Below, piece by piece: positions 1 through 7,770 of a DNA stretch of 42,159 nucleotides; positions within the stretch are counted from its first letter, which is position 1; every line of letters starts with the position of its first letter. Source of the DNA: an uncultured bacterium (GTDB lineage Bacteria; Fidelibacterota; Marinisomatia; Marinisomatales; UBA2128). The stretch is taken from the NCBI GenBank assembly GCA_964534955.1, contig CAZHRR010000004.1:1-42159 (forward strand). The letters are read 5' to 3'. The position numbers and the translations under genes were made by a program. The notes below the pieces were generated by a model. It had not been told where the DNA came from. It ran no database searches and worked only from the letters and a program-made list of their open reading frames with translations.

Positions 1-109
1 CTCTGGCGTCTGAACCAAATATTCCTATCACATCACCGTGAAATCGCTCAGCTATTTCTCTCTTAAGTGATTTGATTCCTGCGACTATCGTTGATTTATT
101 TTGTTTCAT
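1..109 (-). CDS. nucleotidyltransferase-domain protein, N-terminal fragment (MNT/MntA-like); continues beyond the window edge
   Basis: ATG at 109-107 on the minus strand. Translation MKQNKSTIVAGIKSLKREIAERFHGDVIGIFGSDAR resembles the G-S-x-A-R start of minimal nucleotidyltransferases. Not in the ORF track because it is truncated. Confidence 0.4.
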   Translation of the reverse strand, partial: MKQNKSTIVAGIKSLKREIAERFHGDVIGIFGSDAR

Positions 110-339
110 GTAATAAAATTAAGACAAATAACTTATCTTTTAGATTATTTATTTGCAGCCTTCATATCGAATTTATTGCGGTTTAATCAATGCAAAATTG
201 TTTGAGAATAATCTGACATTTTAATTTGCTGGGAATTTAAGAATAGATAAGGACAGTTGGTGTCGCATTAAAATAATATTAATCCTTCATTTTACCCAGC
301 TCCTCTACTCCCTGCCACTTCTGCTGTTTTACTTTTCCT

Positions 340-2010
340 TTGAGTTTTTCATCGGACTCCAGCAACTTCCTGCCTGAGATGATTCACTTTCCGACAGAAC
401 TGACACTGCTGCCGATTCTCATACCACTCTACACGGAGATGCATTACCGGTTCAAATGGCTTCCATTCAGCCGTTACTTCCGCCGGGAACCTGAAATCAT
501 CGCCGATACACCATACAGACTCGAACCGGGAAAAAGTCTGCCTATCCTCCTTTTAATCAAAGATGCCCACCAATACCCCATCCATCTGCATAGTGTAATT
601 ATCTCGGGAAGAGACTTTAAAGGGAACTCCCATGAAAAACAACTTACTCAGGAACTTGATATCAACGATCATTGGTGGCACAGGACAATTGAATTAGATA
701 CTGGCAATCTCTCTGGTGACTTGACGTTAAATGTTAAATTTGACTTCACAATTAAAGGAAAACGCCGTGTAGCGGTAAATCATAATCTGCCCACTTCCCC
801 GGATAAACCGTTGACAGTTCACATGGCGGAAACATCCCTGCCTGGGACTGATCGAGGATGGTATTGGGGAGATCTTCATTTACATACGAACTTAACCGAA
901 GATCAAGTCGAATTCGGGGCACCTATTGATGCTACTAAAAAAGCAGCAGAAGCATGTGGTCTATCCTTTATCTGCCTCACTGATCACTCTTACGATCTTG
1001 ACGATAAACCGGGTTCATGGAGTGAACCTGATCCTGATTTACGGAAATGGTACAAATCAAGGACTGCTATTTCAACTCTTAATAAAGAGACCGGCTGTAT
1101 TCTTGTACCCGGAGAGGAGGTCAGTTCGGGCAACAGCCGTGGAAAAAATATACACACACTTCTTTTAAACTGGCCGGAGTTTGTCCCCGGTTCGGGGGAC
1201 GGTGCTGAGCGATGGTTTCGAACAGCATCAGAACATCAAACGACAAATATCTTAAACAAAACTGCGGATGGTGCACTATCAATCGCAGCACATACACGAA
1301 TGCATGTCCCTTTTCTCCAAAAAATTCTGTTGAAACGAGGTCTATGGGAACAGGATGATCATCTTCAGGCGAATGTAGCCGGTTTTCAGGTGCTTAACGG
1401 CAGTTATAATGACGATTTCGAGGAGGGTATTCAGTTTTGGGTGAGATCGCTCCTGAAGGGAAAGATTAGCTATATTTACGCCGGGAATGATGCTCACGGC
1501 AACTTTAACCGGTTCCGCCAAATCAAGACTCCCATGCTTTCCATCCAGGATCACACAGAGCAAATACTCGGAAAATGCCGAACAGGAATTATGCTTAGCG
1601 AAAGTATATCCTTGAACAGCATTCTCGATGCTCTCCGACATGGCAGGTGCGTTATTTCTGACGGCCCTCTGATGGATATAACAATTCGTAACGAAGAAGG
1701 TAAAAGTTATACTTTAGGTGATTCTTCTACGGGAGGTAATATAAATATATCAGTAAACTGCATATCCTCAATTGAGTACGGCAATCTTGACTCCTTCAAG
1801 TTGATTCTTGGAGATTTAGCACATCAGGAAGAGAGACAGGTTCATGAGCTAAAATTCAAACCGGACTTATTTTCAGAGTCCGAAGAAATATCTCTGGATG
1901 TAAACGGTATTTCCGGATATTTACGGGGAATCTTGATTTCTCAAGACAGTAACGGAAATCGGTTTCAATGTTATACAAATCCTATCTGGATAAATCACCC
2001 TTCCGAATAG
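340..2010 (+). CDS. PHP-domain (CehA/McbA-like) metal-dependent phosphoesterase with an uncharacterised ~170 aa N-terminal region
   Basis: 556 aa ORF with PHP-type motifs GDLHLHTN, LTDHSYDL, AHT, GNDAHG and a C-terminal TNPIWIN. The track start is TTG at 340; an ATG at 379 is an alternative. Confidence 0.65.
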   Translation: MSFSSDSSNFLPEMIHFPTELTLLPILIPLYTEMHYRFKWLPFSRYFRREPEIIADTPYRLEPGKSLPILLLIKDAHQYPIHLHSVIISGRDFKGNSHEKQLTQELDINDHWWHRTIELDTGNLSGDLTLNVKFDFTIKGKRRVAVNHNLPTSPDKPLTVHMAETSLPGTDRGWYWGDLHLHTNLTEDQVEFGAPIDATKKAAEACGLSFICLTDHSYDLDDKPGSWSEPDPDLRKWYKSRTAISTLNKETGCILVPGEEVSSGNSRGKNIHTLLLNWPEFVPGSGDGAERWFRTASEHQTTNILNKTADGALSIAAHTRMHVPFLQKILLKRGLWEQDDHLQANVAGFQVLNGSYNDDFEEGIQFWVRSLLKGKISYIYAGNDAHGNFNRFRQIKTPMLSIQDHTEQILGKCRTGIMLSESISLNSILDALRHGRCVISDGPLMDITIRNEEGKSYTLGDSSTGGNINISVNCISSIEYGNLDSFKLILGDLAHQEERQVHELKFKPDLFSESEEISLDVNGISGYLRGILISQDSNGNRFQCYTNPIWINHPSE

Positions 2011-2040
2011 CGTCTTCATCCGATGATAGCGGAAGCTCTC

Positions 2041-2057
2041 ACACCGTGAACGGGTGT
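2041..2057 (+). repeat. small hairpin ACACC-GTGAACG-GGTGT, a member of the CGTGAACG-loop hairpin family
   Basis: Inverted repeat acacc/ggtgt around gtgaacg, 30 nt after the stop of the PHP gene. The same loop occurs at 4464, 4983 and 5024. Confidence 0.4.
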
Positions 2058-2197
2058 AAAATCACATCTGCCAGATATTGAACATCAGACTTACCTAAGA
2101 TTTCGCTATTTATTCGTCGAAAGTATGAAGACAGGCGGTAGACCATTATAAATCCTCTGTGGTTGATTATCTATTCAAGCCAAGAAGGGATTATAAA

Positions 2198-2569
2198 TCA
2201 AACCAATTTACATTGGTAGTTTTTGAACTTATTATCATCCGTTATGATGGAATATTTGTTTTTTATACTTTGTGCAATCAACATTCTATCGAAAGGATCT
2301 TTATGGTGAAATGGTAGATTTTTTAATAAGAGTGCTTCCTCAGATGTAAAGTCCAGTAATTCAAATCCACTTTTTTCAGCAATATCTATAGGATCAAAAT
2401 CTATTTTGAGTTTTCCAATGGACGCTTTTATCATCAGTTCAGCAACACTTATTGAACTCAGATAAACAATATTCGTAGGTCGTTCAATTTCTTCTCTCCT
2501 TTTTTTGTTCATCTTCTTAGGATCAGAAATTGCCAAAAGAAAAACATGAGTATCAAGAATCATTTTCAT
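2198..2569 (-). CDS. vapC: type II toxin VapC (PIN-domain ribonuclease)
   Basis: Translation (M)KMILDTHVF...AEL...DPFDRMLIAQ...ITDD carries the PIN acidic residues. It overlaps the stop of the upstream antitoxin. The start is ambiguous among ATGs at 2581, 2575, 2569 and 2563. Confidence 0.8.
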   Translation of the reverse strand: MKMILDTHVFLLAISDPKKMNKKRREEIERPTNIVYLSSISVAELMIKASIGKLKIDFDPIDIAEKSGFELLDFTSEEALLLKNLPFHHKDPFDRMLIAQSIKNKYSIITDDNKFKNYQCKLV

Positions 2570-2798
2570 TCTCATTCCCATAAAACATTTTGTTTACTTC
2601 ATCGTCCTCTTCATTAAAATCATCCGGTATGTCAAGCTTACCAGCTAATAATCCTAATTTTCGTTTGCCTTTCGGCCGATGCGGAACCAAATCAACAAGC
2701 GGCAAATTATTCTTTGCTATAACCACTTTTTCGCCATGAAAAACGAGATCAATTAAGTAGGAAAGCTTTGCTTTCGCTTCTGATATGTTGACAATCAT
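2553..2798 (-). CDS. Phd/YefM-family type II antitoxin
   Basis: 81 aa, MIVNISEAKAKLSYLIDLVFHGEKVVIAKNNLPLVDLVP is a typical Phd/YefM N-terminus. Translationally coupled to the PIN gene. Confidence 0.75.
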   Translation of the reverse strand: MIVNISEAKAKLSYLIDLVFHGEKVVIAKNNLPLVDLVPHRPKGKRKLGLLAGKLDIPDDFNEEDDEVNKMFYGNENENDS

Positions 2799-2819
2799 AA
2801 TGACACCTTTTCTTATTAT

Positions 2820-2856
2820 GGTTAAGTTAACCTATTATGGTCATGTTGGTCAACAT
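2820..2856 (-). promoter_or_regulatory. candidate toxin-antitoxin operator: two short palindromes just upstream of the antitoxin start
   Basis: GGTTAAgTTAACC (2820-2832) and ATGTTGgtCAACAT (2843-2856) lie 20-60 nt upstream of the antitoxin ATG. ATGTTG recurs at the start codon region. Confidence 0.3.
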
Positions 2857-2969
2857 ATTTTTTTACAATATTCCTTTTGATACCTGCTCTTTTTGTTTGG
2901 TATAACAGTAATAAATCAACTATACTCGGACAGAAAAATTAAAGAAGAAAGGAAATTCTTTCAGAATGA

Positions 2970-4175
2970 TTAACAGGTATTGATTGAGTTTCCAGACTTA
3001 ATAATTGTCTTAACTCTATTCTCTCCCACTCGATAAGCAAGCTCCGAAAGTTCCAGTACATCCCAGATGATTAGATCTGCCTGTTTCCCGACCTCTATGG
3101 TACCGATTGACTCCTCTCTCCTGAGAGCCGCAGCTCCGCCGAAGGTAGCAGCTGTAAACGCCTCTTCTACTGTCATATGGAGATAGAGGCAAGCCAGGCC
3201 TATAATGAAAGACATCGATTGGATAAAGGAGCTGCCGGGATTGTAATCGGTAGCGAGGGCAATGGTTAAACCTTTATCAATAATCATCCGCGCTGGTGCA
3301 TATTCACTCTTTCCCAGAAAGAAAGTAGTCCCCGGCAGTAATGTGGCCACCACATCAGCTTCCCTCATCTTTTCCAGTCCTTCCTCGGAAACGTGCATCA
3401 AATGATCGGCTGAAGCAGCTCCCAGTTCTGCCGCCAGAGAAGCTGCACCGGAATCTTCGAACTCATCGGCGTGAAGGCGGGGTTTGAGACCGTATTCAGA
3501 GGCAGCTTCGAGGATTCTTCTGGACTGACCAACATCGAACCAGCCATTCTCACAAAAGACGTCACACTGTTCAGCAAGATTTTCCTCTGCTACAGCCGGA
3601 ATCATTTCCTCACAGACGAGTGACACATAATCATCCTTGCGATGGCGATATTCAGCCGGAAAATCATGAGCACCAAGGAATGTAGGCACTACGTCAACCT
3701 CTGATCTTTTAGCGGCTCTCTTGAGCGCTCTCAGTGACTTCAACTCATCTTCAACTGAGAGGCCGTAGCCGCTCTTGGCTTCGACGGTTGTTGTCCCAAG
3801 GGCGAGGAATTTTTCCAGCCGACTGAAAACACTCTCCTCCAGTACATCTTCGGAAGCATCCCGAACACCACGTACGGTGGACAGAATCCCGCCGCCTGCA
3901 GCTGCAATCTCCTGATAGCTCTTTCCCGCTGCCCGCATGGCAAACTCCTCAGCTCGCACATCTGCGAAAACAGGGTGGGTGTGGGAGTCTACAAAGCCGG
4001 GAGTGACAAGCCCCCCGCCAGCATCTACTACTTTCTCAGTGTTACTAACCTCAGCGCCGATCTCCTCGATATTACCGTCGGAGACGAGAATTTCCTGATT
4101 CGTGGATTCTACTACCTTTTTAGAGGAAGAGTTATAGGTAACCAGTTTTTCTATGTTCGTAATTTTTTGAGACAT
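2970..4175 (-). CDS. hutI: imidazolonepropionase
   Basis: 401 aa with the amidohydrolase signature GFVDSHTHPVF, and HADEF and ATDYNPGS motifs typical of HutI. The neighbouring gene is hutU. Confidence 0.9.
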   Translation of the reverse strand: MSQKITNIEKLVTYNSSSKKVVESTNQEILVSDGNIEEIGAEVSNTEKVVDAGGGLVTPGFVDSHTHPVFADVRAEEFAMRAAGKSYQEIAAAGGGILSTVRGVRDASEDVLEESVFSRLEKFLALGTTTVEAKSGYGLSVEDELKSLRALKRAAKRSEVDVVPTFLGAHDFPAEYRHRKDDYVSLVCEEMIPAVAEENLAEQCDVFCENGWFDVGQSRRILEAASEYGLKPRLHADEFEDSGAASLAAELGAASADHLMHVSEEGLEKMREADVVATLLPGTTFFLGKSEYAPARMIIDKGLTIALATDYNPGSSFIQSMSFIIGLACLYLHMTVEEAFTAATFGGAAALRREESIGTIEVGKQADLIIWDVLELSELAYRVGENRVKTIIKSGNSINTC

Positions 4176-4194
4176 GGTTAGTTTAAAAGGGCGT

Positions 4195-4255
4195 GCCTGC
4201 CCGCTCCTCTGCCAGCCCTCATTCTTCGGGAGCAGACGGGAACGTCTGCCTTTTT
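4195..4255 (+). repeat. GCCTGCCC-family palindromic element (long B-like variant) ending in a GC hairpin plus T-run
   Basis: GCCTGCCCGCTCCTCT...TTCTTCGGGAGCAG aligns with the element at 42034-42063. GCAGACG-ggaa-CGTCTGC (4232-4249) is followed by TTTTT. Confidence 0.45.
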
Positions 4256-4419
4256 ATTGTTGATTTCTTTCAACCCAGCCCTGTGCACAGCATCCTGTGG
4301 AAAGGACTGGGCTACGGAAAATTCCCTGCAAACAAAAATGATTGACTGGACAACTAAAGATTCTCTGTACATAGCCGTCATTTACTAGGTTATGGAAAAG
4401 TGCTCATGCTTATCAATAG

Positions 4420-4439
4420 CCTAGTCCTTAAGGGCTAGG
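4420..4439. repeat. hairpin CCTAGTCC-ttaa-GGGCTAGG
   Basis: 8 bp stem with one G-T pair, located downstream of the transposase stop. Confidence 0.35.
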
Positions 4440-4463
4440 AGATGAATGAACACAAATGCTGAT

Positions 4464-4479
4464 ACGCCGTTCACGGCGT
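4464..4479 (-). repeat. CGTGAACG-loop hairpin (ACGCCG-tgaa-CGGCGT on the minus strand) containing the transposase stop codon
   Basis: Perfect 6 bp stem. The TGA stop (4471-4473) of the transposase lies in the loop. Confidence 0.5.
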
Positions 4480-4962
4480 TATTCCGTGATGTTTCAATAA
4501 CCTGTTTAATTCTTCTTTATAGCTAATCTTTCTATGGTGTTCTTCCCCGCCTGACCGGGTAACCAGTCGGGCAGGCTGATTACGAATATACCGTCTGACT
4601 TTGTCCACTTGAGATTCCAAAACAGAAAAAACGGAAAAACCCCTTTGCCATATGAATTTACCGCGAATAAAGTTATTTGAATTAATCCAATGAGATGATT
4701 CGCCTTTTATTAAATTAGCAATATCAGATGGTGCTTGTGTTGGTTTTAGTCCTGCGAGTAAATGTACGTGTTCCATCTCACCGTAAACTGTATCTACATA
4801 AATACTGTTTTCTTCACCATATTCTTTGAAATGTAATATCAGGTTTTGGTTTAATTCTTTAGTAATAATTCTTTCCCGTTTTTTCGTTGACCAAACAAAG
4901 TGCATCCCCGCCTGCTCCCGACAAAGGAGGGCGGGCAGGCAGATTTTATGATAGGTTTGCAT
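4471..4962 (-). CDS. IS200/IS605-family Y1 (HUH) transposase, RAYT-like, carrying two in-frame palindromic-element insertions
   Basis: FVWSTKKR, HUH motif HVHLL, WQRGFSVFSV and the catalytic-Tyr region RRYIRNQ...HHRK are all present. The segments CLPALLCREQAG and PARLVTRSGG are encoded by GCCTGCCC-family elements. Confidence 0.75.
   Translation of the reverse strand: MQTYHKICLPALLCREQAGMHFVWSTKKRERIITKELNQNLILHFKEYGEENSIYVDTVYGEMEHVHLLAGLKPTQAPSDIANLIKGESSHWINSNNFIRGKFIWQRGFSVFSVLESQVDKVRRYIRNQPARLVTRSGGEEHHRKISYKEELNRLLKHHGITP
4546..4575 (-). repeat. type A GCCTGCCC element, 30 nt, inserted in frame in the transposase gene
   Basis: Minus strand CCTGCCCGACTGGTTACCCGGTCAGGCGGG aligns with GCCTGCCCGAACTGTTGTCCAGTCAGGCGGGC at 42004-42035. 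It splits YIRNQ from EEHHRK. Confidence 0.7.
4906..4941 (-). repeat. type B GCCTGCCC element, 36 nt, in frame near the transposase N-terminus
   Basis: Minus strand TGCCTGCCCGCCCTCCTTTGTCGGGAGCAGGCGGGG aligns with GCCTGCCCACCCTCCTTCGTCGGGAGCAGG at 42034-42063. Confidence 0.65.
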
Positions 4963-4982
4963 AGTTATTTACCTCATTGATA

Positions 4983-5043
4983 AGGGCGTGAACGCCCTCA
5001 CTATTTAGGGTGATTTCTCTAATCCCAGCCGTGAACGGCTGGG
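4983..5043 (+). repeat. two CGTGAACG-loop hairpins (AGGGCG-tgaa-CGCCCT at 4983-4998; CCCAGCCG-tgaa-CGGCTGGG at 5024-5043)
   Basis: Perfect stems of 6 and 8 bp with an identical loop and closing pair but different stem sequences. They sit upstream of the transposase, in inverted orientation relative to 4464-4479. Confidence 0.5.
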
Positions 5044-5153
5044 TTATGGAAAAATCTCTCCACACTGACGATAGCGATTGGATTGATAAAAATTGTTTGG
5101 GTTGATTATCTGTTTGAACCTCATAAGTTTTTCATATGCGGAACATGAGTCAT

Positions 5154-6818
5154 TCAACTTTCGTCGGAGATACCGGGAATTTTTATTCCCCACTTTCGAG
5201 AATTCTCGACTGCTCTCTCATAGCCGGCATCTGCATGACGGGTAACACCTATTCCTGGATCGTTAGTGAGTACTCGCTGGAGTCGATCAGCCATTTCCGG
5301 CGTTCCATCGGCGACGATAACCTGCCCGGCGTGGATGGCTAAGCCCATCCCCACACCCCCGCCGTGGTGAATAGAGACCCAACTGGCGCCGCTTGCGGTA
5401 TTCAGGAGAGCATTCAGGAGCGGCCAGTCAGCGATGGTATCGGAGCCGTCCTTCATCCCTTCAGTCTCACGATAAGGCGACGCCACAGAACCGGTATCGA
5501 GGTGATCCCGTCCAATGACAATAGGCGCCTTGATTTCACCGCTCGCCACCAGTTCATTAATAGCCAGACCAAACTTTGCCCGGTCACCGTATCCCAGCCA
5601 GCAGATACGGGATGGTAATCCCTGGAACGTCACCCTCTTTTGCGCCATCTCAATCCAGCGGCAGAGGGCTTTGTCCTCGGGGAAAAGTTCCAATACCTTC
5701 TCATCTGTTCTCGTTATGTCATCGGGATCGCCGGAGAGCGCCACCCAGCGGAAAGGTCCCTTGCCATCGCAGAATAACGGCCGGATGTAAGCCGGGACGA
5801 ATCCCGGGTAATCGAAGGCATTCTCAACTCCTGCCTTCTGCGCCTGCCCGCGGAGGTTGTTGCCGTAATCAAAAACTATAGCTCCCATCTTTTGCAGCTC
5901 GAGCATGGCTCGACAGTGGACAGCCATTGATTCAAATGCCAAGGAGATATACCGGTCGGGATCTGACTTTCTCATGGGCAGCGCTTCTTTGTAAGAGATT
6001 CCGTGAGGCACATAACCGTTCAGCTCATCATGAGCTGAGGTTTGGTCTGTTACCATATGGGGGACGATGCCGCGCTTGACGAATTCCGGGAAGAGATCCG
6101 CTGCATTCCCGAGGAGTCCGATGGACAGAGCCTCTTTCTTTTCCTGAGCCTCCCGGGCTATAACCAACGCCTCATCGAGAGATTCCGTCATCCGGTCTAC
6201 GTAGTTAGTCGCCAGCCGACGCTCGATCCGTTCCCGGTCCACTTCCACAGCAATCATGACCGCTCCCGCCATAGCAGCTGCCAAAGGCTGTGCACCACCC
6301 ATACCGCCCAGTCCGGCAGTCAGGATCAGCTTTCCAGTCAGGTTGCCGTCAAAATGCGTCTCTCCCGCCGCTATAAAAGTCTCGTAAGTTCCCTGGAGAA
6401 TCCCCTGTGTACCGATGTAGATCCAGCTGCCTGCCGTCATCTGACCATACATAATCAGTCCCAGCTTATCGAGCTCCCGGAAATGCTCCCATGTGGCCCA
6501 ATTGGGGACAAGGTTAGAATTGGCAATTAGTACCCGGGGAGAATATGTGTGCGTCTTGAATACACCCACAGGTTTCCCGGATTGGACCAGCAGCGTCTCG
6601 TCATGATCAAGAGTCTTCAGCGCTGCCAGGATACGGTCGAAGGCTTCCCAGTTCCGGGCGGCTTTCCCGTAACCGCCGTAAACGATGAGCTCATCCGGCT
6701 TTTCAGCTACTTCAGGGTCCAAGTTGTTCTGGATCATTCGGAAAGCCGCTTCCTGCTGCCACCCCTTGCAGGACAGATCTATTCCGGTGGGGGCTTTGAC
6801 GGTTCGTGGTTTACTCAT
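5154..6818 (-). CDS. hutU: urocanate hydratase
   Basis: 554 aa, full-length match to the HutU pattern ([34 protein letters not shown]). Confidence 0.95.
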   Translation of the reverse strand: MSKPRTVKAPTGIDLSCKGWQQEAAFRMIQNNLDPEVAEKPDELIVYGGYGKAARNWEAFDRILAALKTLDHDETLLVQSGKPVGVFKTHTYSPRVLIANSNLVPNWATWEHFRELDKLGLIMYGQMTAGSWIYIGTQGILQGTYETFIAAGETHFDGNLTGKLILTAGLGGMGGAQPLAAAMAGAVMIAVEVDRERIERRLATNYVDRMTESLDEALVIAREAQEKKEALSIGLLGNAADLFPEFVKRGIVPHMVTDQTSAHDELNGYVPHGISYKEALPMRKSDPDRYISLAFESMAVHCRAMLELQKMGAIVFDYGNNLRGQAQKAGVENAFDYPGFVPAYIRPLFCDGKGPFRWVALSGDPDDITRTDEKVLELFPEDKALCRWIEMAQKRVTFQGLPSRICWLGYGDRAKFGLAINELVASGEIKAPIVIGRDHLDTGSVASPYRETEGMKDGSDTIADWPLLNALLNTASGASWVSIHHGGGVGMGLAIHAGQVIVADGTPEMADRLQRVLTNDPGIGVTRHADAGYERAVENSRKWGIKIPGISDES

Positions 6819-6847
6819 AGTCGTGGAGAATTTAGTTATATAACTTG

Positions 6848-6880
6848 AAAGATGACATCTTTGCCAAAGATGTCATCTTT
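6848..6880. promoter_or_regulatory. perfect 15 bp inverted repeat made of two tandem palindromes, 30 nt upstream of hutU (operator or terminator candidate)
   Basis: AAAGATGACATCTTT-gcc-AAAGATGTCATCTTT followed by TT. Each arm is itself a 7-1-7 palindrome. Confidence 0.35.
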
Positions 6881-6916
6881 TTAGGAAACCAGGGACTTAA
6901 TCAGATGGCAGTTTGT

Positions 6917-6964
6917 CCGCCCGCCCAACGCTGTACGTGACGGGCAGGCAGTTAGCAGCCTGCC
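6917..6964 (-). repeat. GCCTGCCC-family element (type C) plus an adjacent GGCAGGC/GCCTGCC hairpin
   Basis: Minus strand GCCTGCCCGTCACGTACAGCGTTGGGCGGGCGG. GGCAGGC (6943-6949) pairs with GCCTGCC (6958-6964). Confidence 0.45.
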
Positions 6965-7222
6965 TATCGTCCCCCATTGAAGAAAAATCAGGAGTGCAAT
7001 GGTGAGATATGTCGTTGATTCTTCATATCCAATGTTTCGCCATATACCTCTTTTTTGTTTATAATCCCCATAGGTTAAAATAAATTCAGACTGTGGGTGA
7101 TTCAACAACAGTCCGGTTCTGTTCAACCCGATTTTATCCCCAATGCTCACAACGTTTTGATGAAAAGATGAAGTTTTGGTGAGCATTACGGATAAAACCC
7201 TATTCGTAAGATGCCATTCATA

Positions 7223-7579
7223 ATGAAGCACGTAAGAACACTGATTTTGTTGTTGATAGTAATTTATGTTCACTCCTGTTCTGAGGACTCAGATGATATA
7301 GAAGAGTGGGACGGATTTTATTATATTGGTTTTGAGATCAATTCTTTCAAACCGTGTGGTTTGGATGAGTCTTGGTGGGTTACGGGGGAAGACGAACCAT
7401 TGGAGGAGTTCTTTTCAAAATATTATGAGGTAGCAGATGATGGGTGTGAAGTCTATATCCGCGTCAATGGAATAAAAACAGAGAAAGGTTCATATGGTCA
7501 TATGGGTGCATCGGACCGTGAGTTTGAAGTTACGGAAACCCTTGAAGTTCGGTGCCGGCAAGAAGGTGACTGTCAATGA
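7223..7579 (+). CDS. hypothetical small lipoprotein
   Basis: MKHVRTLILLLIVIYVHSC is a signal peptide with a lipobox-like VHSC. The ORF is 118 aa, acidic, with 4 more Cys. No family recognised. Confidence 0.5.
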   Translation: MKHVRTLILLLIVIYVHSCSEDSDDIEEWDGFYYIGFEINSFKPCGLDESWWVTGEDEPLEEFFSKYYEVADDGCEVYIRVNGIKTEKGSYGHMGASDREFEVTETLEVRCRQEGDCQ

Positions 7580-7770
7580 ACATATGTTTCTGATCTTAAC
7601 AATTAACGAATGGCATCTAACAACCAATCAACCCGACCCGAAAAGCTGGTAGCGTAATTTTATGAAATTTGAACTTCTAAATGTTAATTTAATAACTGGA
7701 ATGATCCGTGCCCTCATATTTCAAGCGGGTTATTTCCACCGTTATTTCGACGAAAGACGAGGACTCAACC

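Larger units (their letters stand above)
4388..5053 (-). mobile_element. RAYT/REP cluster (REPtron-like) between hutU and hutI, bounded by direct GGTTATGGAAAA 12-mers
   Basis: GGTTATGGAAAA occurs at 4388-4399 and 5042-5053, bracketing the HUH transposase gene and four short hairpins (4420-4439, 4464-4479, 4983-4998, 5024-5043). Confidence 0.4.

Noticed and set aside
2947-2962. Possible terminator after hutI (GAAAG-gaaatt-CTTTC)
   Set aside because: The stem is 5 bp and AT-rich, and on the minus strand it is followed by a mixed T/A tract. This is too weak to annotate.
4178-4381. 67 aa minus-strand ORF between the transposase and hutI
   Set aside because: It is composed of palindromic-element and hairpin sequence, with no recognisable domain.
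5842-5850. Exact GCCTGCCCG 9-mer in hutU, and CTGCCTGCCG at 6427-6436
   Set aside because: Both lie in conserved HutU coding sequence ([20 protein letters not shown]) with no partner arm. They are chance matches to the repeat terminus and show that the short motif alone is not diagnostic.
6881-7273. 130 aa minus-strand ORF upstream of hutU
   Set aside because: No family recognised. Its C-terminus (LLTACPSRTALGGRT) is a translated type C repeat, and its N-terminus overlaps the divergent lipoprotein gene. It may be a decayed gene, but I cannot support calling it a CDS.
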